A DNA stretch of 64,000 nt, from the NCBI GenBank assembly GCA_036567845.1, contig DATCTT010000187.1, positions 385-64,384 of the forward strand. The letters are read 5' to 3'. The stretch is from Candidatus Ozemobacteraceae bacterium. Its GTDB lineage: Bacteria > Muiribacteriota > Ozemobacteria > Ozemobacterales > Ozemobacteraceae. Both the position numbers and the translations under genes were made by a program. The notes below the pieces were generated by a model. The model saw only the letters and a list, made by a program, of their open reading frames with translations. It had not been told where the DNA came from and searched no databases. Positions 8,342 to 14,980 of this stretch are shown one piece after another (the first letter of the stretch is position 1; each line of letters starts with the position of its first letter).

Positions 8342-10531
8342 ATGCCTGAAATCGAAGTAACACAGCTCCCTCGCGGTGGAACCCTCATCCGGACCCCCGC
8401 GGGTGTGCTGCAGGTCGGGGCAACGCCCGAGACCATCAAGGACACCCTGCACATCATGGGTGATGTGCCGGACACCTTCGTGTTGCCCAACCGGCTCTTC
8501 AGCACCGAGCGCGGCGTCTCGCTGGCCGACATCGAGTTCCCCGCCTATTACAACTATTTCCTCAAGAAGCGCAGCATCAAGGTCATCGGCCAGACGCACC
8601 AGCTCGAGACGATCATGGGCGTGCTGAAAGAGGCCGTGCTCGGCCCCGACTCCATCAGCCTTCAGCGGGAATACCCCTTCGGCGTCAACCGCGAGCTCAT
8701 TCCCGATCTGCGGGCCGAGATGGAGTTCTTCCGCGCGAAAGACGCGTCCGGGCTGCGGAAGATGGAAATGAGCGACATGGCGATCGGCGTCCCGTGGGGC
8801 CCGAACAACCGCGTGCCGTTCGGAACCCTTGCCCTCGAGCGCACCCCGAAGGGCATGCTGCGTGTCGTCGATGGGGCCCGGGTGCTCGCCGAAGTGCCGC
8901 TGGATGTCACGTTCGGTGACCGCCAGTTCCCCGAGCGCAAAAAGCCGTTCGAGCCGCCCCTCTTCGGCGTGACGGTCATCGGCTCGGGCCACGGCTTCGA
9001 TCCGAAGGAGATGACGAGCGGCTTCATCGTCTGGGTGAACCGCCGCGGCATCCTCGTCGACCCGCCCGTCGACTCGACCCACTGGCTCAAGGCGATGGAC
9101 ATCAACCCCCGCCTGATCGACGACTGCATTCTCACCCACTGCCATGCCGACCACGACTCCGGCATTCTGCAGAAGATCCTCGAAGAGAAAAAAATCAATC
9201 TCTATACAACCGAGACGATCATGGAAAGCTGCGTGCGCAAGTATCGCGCGCTGACCGGACTGTCGCACAAGACGTTCGTCGGGCTGTTCCATTTCCATTC
9301 GGTGACGCTGCAAGTTCCGATCCGTATCCATGGCGGTGAGTTCCGGTTCTTCTACACGCTGCACTCGATCCCCACCATCGGTTTCGAGGTGTATTTCCAG
9401 GGAAAAAGCTTCGCCTACTCGTCGGATTCGCTCTACGATCCGCCGACCGTGCGCAAGCTGTTCGACATGGGCGCGATCAACCGGTACCGGATGATCGAGC
9501 TGATGAACTTTCCCTGGCATCACACGGCCATCTTCCATGAGGCCGGCATTCCGCCGATCCACACCCCGATCAAGAACTTGGCCGAGCTGCCCGAGAACGT
9601 CCAGGAGCGGCTGTATCTGATCCACGTGTCGGAACGCTCGATTCCGGCGGGAACGAAGCTGCGCAAGGCTCCGGCCGGCCCCGACGACACGCTGGTGATT
9701 CCCGTCACGGCCCCGGTCAGCAACGAGGCGCTGCAGTATCTCGACGTGCTCAGTCACATCGACCTGTTCTCGGAGCTTCCGATCGAGAAGGCCCGGGAGT
9801 TCCTGACGCTGGTCAAGGTCGAGACCTTCCATGAGGGCGACGTCATTTTCCGGCAGGGAACAGTCGGCGAGCGGTTCTTCATGGTCGTCAACGGTCGTGC
9901 CCAGGTGCGGCGCGACGGCGTCGTGCTGAAGACCTATACCAACAACGATTATTTCGGCGAGACCTCGATGATCCTCAACATGCCCCGCAATGCCGATGTC
10001 GTGGCCGAAAGCGAGCTGAAGGTGCTCGCGATGGATAAATACGACTTCCTGTATTTCATTCGCGGCTCCGAGATCGCCCGGCACATGAAGGTCATCGCCG
10101 AGAACCGCGAATACGACACCTGGACGCTGTTCGACGAAGCCCCGCTGCTGCACGGACTGTCGGCGACGCAGCGCACCCAGCTCCAGGGCATCATGACGCG
10201 GGTCGAGTTCGCCGACGAGAAGATCATCGCGAAGGAAGGCGCCGAGCGCGATACGATCTATCTCGTCGATTCCGGCACCGTCGCGATGTCCCGCTGTGGA
10301 CGCCGGGTGGCCCGGGCGCGGCGCGGCAGCCTGTTCATGCGGATCTACTCGACCCCGGCCCGGGGGCGGCACCGGTTCACCCTGACGGCCGCGGGGCCCG
10401 TGGTCGCATATACGATCGATACGATGGAGTTTTACCGCTTTCTGGAGCGGAATCCGGGGGTGTTCCTGCTGCTGCGCGAGGCGAAGATCCGAGCCCAGAT
10501 CGTCGTCGATGAGCGGAACGGCCGCCCGTGA
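8342..10531 (+). CDS. Fusion protein: N-terminal unknown domain + MBL-fold metallo-hydrolase (class-II phosphodiesterase-like HxHxDH) + two cyclic-nucleotide-binding (CAP-family) domains
   Basis: THCHADHDSG motif (HxHxDH). Two CNB signatures (FFMVVNGRAQV...DYFGETSMI and a second repeat). Alternative TTG/GTG starts at 8306/8312. The 724-aa antisense ORF is rejected. Confidence 0.75.
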   Translation: MPEIEVTQLPRGGTLIRTPAGVLQVGATPETIKDTLHIMGDVPDTFVLPNRLFSTERGVSLADIEFPAYYNYFLKKRSIKVIGQTHQLETIMGVLKEAVLGPDSISLQREYPFGVNRELIPDLRAEMEFFRAKDASGLRKMEMSDMAIGVPWGPNNRVPFGTLALERTPKGMLRVVDGARVLAEVPLDVTFGDRQFPERKKPFEPPLFGVTVIGSGHGFDPKEMTSGFIVWVNRRGILVDPPVDSTHWLKAMDINPRLIDDCILTHCHADHDSGILQKILEEKKINLYTTETIMESCVRKYRALTGLSHKTFVGLFHFHSVTLQVPIRIHGGEFRFFYTLHSIPTIGFEVYFQGKSFAYSSDSLYDPPTVRKLFDMGAINRYRMIELMNFPWHHTAIFHEAGIPPIHTPIKNLAELPENVQERLYLIHVSERSIPAGTKLRKAPAGPDDTLVIPVTAPVSNEALQYLDVLSHIDLFSELPIEKAREFLTLVKVETFHEGDVIFRQGTVGERFFMVVNGRAQVRRDGVVLKTYTNNDYFGETSMILNMPRNADVVAESELKVLAMDKYDFLYFIRGSEIARHMKVIAENREYDTWTLFDEAPLLHGLSATQRTQLQGIMTRVEFADEKIIAKEGAERDTIYLVDSGTVAMSRCGRRVARARRGSLFMRIYSTPARGRHRFTLTAAGPVVAYTIDTMEFYRFLERNPGVFLLLREAKIRAQIVVDERNGRP

Positions 10532-10542
10532 AAGGATAACCC

Positions 10543-11487
10543 ATGATCGACAAGTTCCAGGCGGTGCTGCTCGGATACGCGATCGGTGACGCTCTTGCCG
10601 CGCCGATCGAGGATGTCATCCGCGACCCGGCGATCGGCCATCAGCGCGTGACGGGGTATGTCAAAGCCATGCCGTCCCACCCGGTCGCCCATCTCGAGCC
10701 CGGCCAGTATTCGGATGAAACCCAGATCATGCTGCTCGTGGCCGAGAGCCTCGTCGAGAAACGCTCGTTCTCGGTCGACGATCTCGCCCACCGGTTCGTG
10801 GACTGGTACCAGACCCAGAAGCTGCGCACCGCCTGGCGGTTTCCGGGAAACACGATGATGAAGGCCTGCCGCAAACTCGCGGCCGGCGTTCCCTGGGCGC
10901 AGGCCGGATTCCCGTCGGCCGGCGTCGTCGCTTCGGCCCGGGCTGTTCCTATAGCTCTTGCTATGTGGCGTTCGCCGGGCCTGCTCAAGGATGCCCTCGA
11001 CAAGTCGTGCCGGATCACGCATACCGATCCGCGTGCGGTGGCCGGGGCGATTGTTCTGGCCACGGTGATCCGCATGGGGCTCGAGGGCAGCGAGCCCTCG
11101 GCGGATGTCATCGTGAATGCGGCGATCGAGCGGGCGCAGGGCTTCGCGCCCGAGATCGTCCGGCGGCTCAAGACGATGCGGGATGCGCTTCGCGCCGAAC
11201 CGGCCGTCGCCATGCAGCAGATCGGCGTCAGCGGCTTCGCCATGGAGGCGGTGCCGGCCGCGCTGTACTGGTTCCTGCGGCATCCGCGCAAGTTCGACGA
11301 GATGATCGTCGCCGCCGCCAATGTTGGCGGAGATGCCGACGCGATCGCAGCCATGGCCGGAGCCATGTTCGGCGCGTTCAACGGCCTGGCGGCCATTCCC
11401 GACAAGTGGTTCGACCGGCTCGAGAATGCCCCCCGCATCCGCCAGCTCGGCTGCGACCTCTACCGCCTCTCCACCCCCCAGAAGTAA
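10543..11487 (+). CDS. ADP-ribosylglycohydrolase family protein (DraG/ARH-like)
   Basis: LLGYAIGDALAAPIE and GGDADAIAAMAGAMFGAFNG match the ARH signatures (GDALG...E / GGDTD). Confidence 0.85.
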   Translation: MIDKFQAVLLGYAIGDALAAPIEDVIRDPAIGHQRVTGYVKAMPSHPVAHLEPGQYSDETQIMLLVAESLVEKRSFSVDDLAHRFVDWYQTQKLRTAWRFPGNTMMKACRKLAAGVPWAQAGFPSAGVVASARAVPIALAMWRSPGLLKDALDKSCRITHTDPRAVAGAIVLATVIRMGLEGSEPSADVIVNAAIERAQGFAPEIVRRLKTMRDALRAEPAVAMQQIGVSGFAMEAVPAALYWFLRHPRKFDEMIVAAANVGGDADAIAAMAGAMFGAFNGLAAIPDKWFDRLENAPRIRQLGCDLYRLSTPQK

Positions 11488-11491
11488 GGAA

Positions 11492-11698
11492 GACCGGGAA
11501 TTTTCATCACGGAGAACACGGAGAGCACAGAGAATTCACAGAGAGGACCTTTTGGAAAAGGGTTCTTTGTAAATTCATTCTGATTAGTTTGTTGTTGTGC
11601 TTTTTTATGGTGTTGTAGAGAATCTCTGTGAAACCTCTGTGTCCATTGTGTTCTCTGTGATTCGCTTTTGTCCCTCTCTCCCCCTCAGAAGGGAACAA
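11492..11698. repeat. 207-bp unit, copy 1 of a tandem duplication: octad left arm, ~85-nt AT-rich centre, octad right arm
   Basis: tcacggagaacacggagagcacagagaattcacagagagg ... aatctctgtgaaacctctgtgtccattgtgttctctgtgattcgc. Nearly identical to copy 2. Confidence 0.8.
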
Positions 11699-11880
11699 CA
11701 CCGGGAATTTTCATCACAGAGAACACGGAGAGCACAGAGAATTCACAGAGAGGACCTTTTGGAAAAGGGTTCTTTGTATATTCATTCTGATTAGTTTGTT
11801 GTTGTACTTTTTTATGGTGTTGTAGAAAATCTCTGTGAAACCTCTGTGTCCATTGTGTCCTCTGTGATTCGCTGTTGCTT
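11699..11880. repeat. 207-bp unit, copy 2 (3' tail diverged), ends 20 nt before the moaC start
   Basis: About 97% identical to copy 1 over ~175 nt. Confidence 0.8.
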
Positions 11881-11898
11881 TTTTATAAAGGGGTATAT

Positions 11899-12819
11899 AT
11901 GACTGAATCGCTGACGCATCTCGATCTTGAGGGGCGGGTGAAGATGGTGGACGTGGGGGGCAAGGCCGTCACGAAACGGCGCGCTGTTGCCTTCGGCTCG
12001 GTGCGCGTCGGCGAAAAGGCGCTTTCCCTTCTGCGCGACGGACAGATCGCCAAGGGCGATGCCTGGGCCGCGACCCGGGTGGCGGCTATCATGGCGGCTA
12101 AACGCACATCCGATCTGATCCCCCTGACCCACCCGATCCGCCTCGATGCGGTGAATATCACCCTCGCCCCCTGGGGCGCGGAGCGCGTCGCCATCGTTGC
12201 CGAAGCCGTGGCGAGCGACCGGACCGGTGTCGAGATGGAGGCCATGACGGCGGTTTCGGTTGCCCAGCTGAACCTGTATGACATGGTCAAGGGCGTGACG
12301 AAGGGCGTGATGCTCGAAAGCAGTCGCCTGCTGCTCAAAACCGGTGGCAAAAGCGGCGACTGGATGGGCGACGGCGTCGAAGCCGGCAGGATCGAGAAGC
12401 TCGCGACCAGCCGGGCAAAGGGTATTCCCAAAGATCCGACCGACGAGGTCATGGCCCGGGTCGGGTTTGGCGTCGAGGGGGATGCCCACGGCGGCGACTG
12501 GCACCGGCAGGTTTCCCTGCTCGGGATCGAGAGCATCCGGAAAATGCAGGAGAAAGGTCTGAAGGTGGATTTCGGCTCGTTTGCCGAGAATGTCGCCACC
12601 TCCGGAATATGCCTGTATGAGCTTCCTGTCGGTTCCCTGATCTGGAGCGAGGGCGGCGTTCTGCTCGAAGTGACGCAGATCGGCAAGGAGTGCCACACGA
12701 AGTGCGCCGTCTACCACAAGGCCGGCGACTGCGTCATGCCCCGTGAGGGCATCTTCGCCCGCGTCCTCGCCGGTGGCCCCCTCAAAACCACCCACCCCCT
12801 CCTCGCCATTAGGATGTGA
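11899..12819 (+). CDS. moaC: MoaC (cyclic pyranopterin monophosphate synthase) fused to a C-terminal MOSC domain
   Basis: MTESLTHLDLEGRVKMVDVGGKAVTKRRAVA...IPLTHPI is MoaC. C-terminus FAENVATSGI...LLEVTQIGKECHTKC matches the MOSC beta-barrel / conserved-Cys region. Confidence 0.8.
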   Translation: MTESLTHLDLEGRVKMVDVGGKAVTKRRAVAFGSVRVGEKALSLLRDGQIAKGDAWAATRVAAIMAAKRTSDLIPLTHPIRLDAVNITLAPWGAERVAIVAEAVASDRTGVEMEAMTAVSVAQLNLYDMVKGVTKGVMLESSRLLLKTGGKSGDWMGDGVEAGRIEKLATSRAKGIPKDPTDEVMARVGFGVEGDAHGGDWHRQVSLLGIESIRKMQEKGLKVDFGSFAENVATSGICLYELPVGSLIWSEGGVLLEVTQIGKECHTKCAVYHKAGDCVMPREGIFARVLAGGPLKTTHPLLAIRM

Positions 12820-12833
12820 GTGATGACGAGGGT

Positions 12834-12915
12834 GCACCACAGAGACACGGAGACACAGAGAAAGCGCTCGAAAAAGAATTCTTCTCTGTGCCTCTGTGTC
12901 TCTGTGGTTCGTTGA
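12834..12915. repeat. Complete octad-repeat hairpin (26-nt arms, 19-nt loop) between moaC-MOSC and mobB
   Basis: gcaccacagagacacggagacacagagaa-agcgctcgaaaaagaattc-ttctctgtgcctctgtgtctctgtggttcgttg. Confidence 0.8.
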
Positions 12916-12923
12916 AGCCCCCG

Positions 12924-13361
12924 ATGCGTATCATACGGTTTCTGGGGAGGTCGGGGAGCGGGAAGACGACGCTGATCGATGCTCTGGTGAAGCGGCTTTC
13001 GCACCTCCGGATCGCCGTCATCAAGCACACGCGCCATCCGCTCGACCCGCCGGCGTCCGGCAAGGACACCGCCTGCCACCTGGCCGCGGGGGCCGTCGCC
13101 AGCGCCGGTATCTCGCCCGGCCGAGCCGAGCTGTTCATCCAGGGGGACGTCGAGATCGGCATCGATGCAATGATCGCGTTCGTGGCGGACCGCGTCGATC
13201 TCGTGTTCGTCGAAGGCGCCCGCGAATACGACGCCCCGACCATCCTGATCGGCGATCTCCCAGACGGTTCTATTGCGAGCAATATCATAACCCGCCTGCC
13301 TGTCCATCCGGATGTCCCTCCCGATCTCCCGCAACGCCTTCTCTCGCCCTCTCATCCGTAG
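12924..13361 (+). CDS. mobB: Molybdopterin-guanine dinucleotide biosynthesis adapter MobB
   Basis: MRIIRFLGRSGSGKTTLIDALVKRL is the MobB P-loop N-terminus. Start at internal ATG 12924, just after the repeat. Confidence 0.75.
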   Translation: MRIIRFLGRSGSGKTTLIDALVKRLSHLRIAVIKHTRHPLDPPASGKDTACHLAAGAVASAGISPGRAELFIQGDVEIGIDAMIAFVADRVDLVFVEGAREYDAPTILIGDLPDGSIASNIITRLPVHPDVPPDLPQRLLSPSHP

Positions 13362-13440
13362 GGGGCATCACGATGCGCCCGGAATGTTCTTGGGATATCA
13401 GGATACGGTTTCACCACAGAGGCACAGAGACACAGAGTTC
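13340..13440. repeat. ~110-bp tandem unit, copy A (contains near-palindrome gcatcacgatgc and octad arm tcaccacagaggcacagagacacagag)
   Basis: Direct repeat of 13452-13548, overlapping the mobB 3' end. Confidence 0.6.
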
Positions 13441-13451
13441 GAGCCGAATAC

Positions 13452-13594
13452 CGCCCTCTCGCCCGTAGGGGCGCATCGCGATGCACCTGGGATATTCTCG
13501 AGATATCAGAACCGGTTTTCAATCACGGAGGAACCAAGGCACAGATTCTTCCAAGGGCTCTTCTCTGTGCCTCTGTGTCTCTGTGGTGAAGCGG
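13452..13594. repeat. ~110-bp tandem unit, copy B (perfect palindrome GCATCGCGATGC; degenerate arm caatcacggagg), then loop and full right arm ttctctgtgcctctgtgtctctgtgg
   Basis: Alignable to copy A. Right arm at 13561-13590. Confidence 0.6.
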
Positions 13595-13693
13595 TTTTCT
13601 CGAGGAGCTAACGATCTTCTGGCGGGATGACGATAGGTATCCCGTGATAGGAGACGTCATGATGGTTGGGCTCTGCCGGAATTCCGGGATTCG

Positions 13694-14149
13694 ATGAAGT
13701 ATCTGCTGGCTCTCGATCCGGGTTCCGACAAGTGCGGGTACGCCGTGGTGCGGTATGACCGCTCTCTCGTCGAAAAGGGAGTTGTGTACCTTGCCGAGCT
13801 GCACCGCACGCTTCAGCGCATATGCCGGGCGCCGCTTCCCGAGGTCATCGTGCTTGGCAGCGGAACGGCCGCGGCTGCCGTTTCCCATCTGATCGAAGAT
13901 CTCGATCTCGGCGTCCCCGTCCGCATCGGGGAGGAGCGCAACTCGACCAGGGAAGCGCGCGACCGGTACTTCCGGGATCATCCTCCGACTGGCCTCTGGC
14001 GGCTCGTTCCCCTGGGCCTTCAGATTCCTCCGGTTCCCGTCGACGACTACGCCGCCCTCATCATCGCCGAACGGTACATCATCAAGAACAAATTGGGGGA
14101 AGAGAACGCACCACAGAGGCACGGAGACACAGAGGTCGATCAAGGATGA
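13694..14149 (+). CDS. RuvX/YqgF-family (RNase H-fold) putative Holliday-junction resolvase / pre-16S rRNA nuclease
   Basis: LLALDPGSDKCGYAVV...EVIVLG...STREARDRY...ALIIAERY parallels YqgF motifs (LLGLDLGTKTIGVAV, ...ST.EA). The 3' end runs into the octad arm. Confidence 0.6.
   Translation: MKYLLALDPGSDKCGYAVVRYDRSLVEKGVVYLAELHRTLQRICRAPLPEVIVLGSGTAAAAVSHLIEDLDLGVPVRIGEERNSTREARDRYFRDHPPTGLWRLVPLGLQIPPVPVDDYAALIIAERYIIKNKLGEENAPQRHGDTEVDQG
14106..14134. repeat. Octad-repeat left arm (cgcaccacagaggcacggagacacagagg), just upstream of the GxxExxY gene
   Basis: Partner right arms lie at 14577-14660, on the other side of the gene. Confidence 0.7.
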
Positions 14150-14529
14150 AGTCGGGGATGGATTCATATGAGCTGACGAACGAGGTCATTGGTGCTGCGA
14201 TCGAGGTTCATAAAACCCTTGGACCGGGGCTTCTGGAGTCTATCTACGAAAGATGCCTCTGCCATGAGCTGAGTCTGCGTGGCATCGAATATGTCCAGCA
14301 GCTGGAAATTCCGCTGACCTATAAGGGAATGAGTCTGGACTCGTGTTATCGACTTGACATGATGGTTGTAGACCAGATCGTTGTTGAGGTGAAGTCCATC
14401 AAAACATTCGAGCCAATTCATACGGCTCAGATTCTGACCTATCTTCGATTGACCGGTAAACGACTTGGCCTGTTGATGAACTTCAACTCCCCAGTTCTTT
14501 CCAAAACTATCAAGCGAGTCATCCTCTGA
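14146..14529 (+). CDS. GxxExxY family protein
   Basis: MKSGMDSYELTNEVIGAAIEVHKTLGPGLLESIYERCL is the eponymous GxxExxY motif. Lower GC than neighbouring genes. Confidence 0.8.
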   Translation: MKSGMDSYELTNEVIGAAIEVHKTLGPGLLESIYERCLCHELSLRGIEYVQQLEIPLTYKGMSLDSCYRLDMMVVDQIVVEVKSIKTFEPIHTAQILTYLRLTGKRLGLLMNFNSPVLSKTIKRVIL

Positions 14530-14576
14530 ATATATGCATGGAGTACACGAATGACTCGCCATGAAAGCAGAAAAAC

Positions 14577-14660
14577 TCTGTGCCTCTGTGGGTCGTTGTC
14601 TAATAAAAGCTACCATGGTCTTGTCTTGGCTCTGTGTCTCCGTGTCTCTGTGGTTCGTTG
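14577..14660. repeat. Two direct octad-repeat right arms (ctctgtgcctctgtgggtcgttg ... ctctgtgtctccgtgtctctgtggttcgttg)
   Basis: Inverted relative to the left arm at 14106, so the GxxExxY gene sits inside the loop. Confidence 0.7.
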
Positions 14661-14679
14661 AAAAAGGAAAAATATTTTC

Positions 14680-14708
14680 TTGACTTTCGGAAAGTACACA
14701 AATATACT
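14680..14708 (+). promoter_or_regulatory. Sigma70-type promoter TTGACT-17 nt-TATACT driving the SLH-porin gene with a ~270-nt leader
   Basis: -35 TTGACT 14680-14685, -10 TATACT 14703-14708, exact 17-nt spacer. ATG at 14981. Confidence 0.7.
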
Positions 14709-14980
14709 CTCGGACCAAGGTGTAAGACCTCAAACACCAACCCAGGTGCACGGAAGGAGGTGCAACTGAAGTAGGTAGCCTGATAGGTGCGGTCCCAAAC
14801 CTGAGGGCGAAGAAGACAAGTAGAAGCGAGATCTTAAGGGTGCCAACGGAAAAACTGGAAGGGAACGTGGATACTTCAAGTGAAACCGGAAACACCCCCA
14901 AAAGAGAACAAATCGAACGGATTCTTCCCCGCCAAGTGGTAAAAACTCCAAAAACCAAAATACCGAAAAGGGGAAAATCA

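Noticed and set aside
8198-10372. 724-aa minus-strand ORF
   Set aside because: Mirror image of the cNMP-MBL gene. No motifs. The plus strand has HxHxDH and CNB signatures.
11597-11794. 65-aa and 64-aa ORFs inside the 207-bp tandem repeats
   Set aside because: They read straight through the duplicated structured element (the HREFSSQRTRRAQRIHRE repeat-derived peptide). No RBS. Implausible as genes.
5445-14660. CRISPR array or integron attC cassette array as explanation for the octad repeats
   Set aside because: Spacing is irregular and the repeats are inverted pairs rather than direct repeats with unique spacers, so not CRISPR. No GTTRRRY/RYYYAAC core sites and no intI in the window, so not a canonical integron. 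They are reported as a novel repeat family instead.
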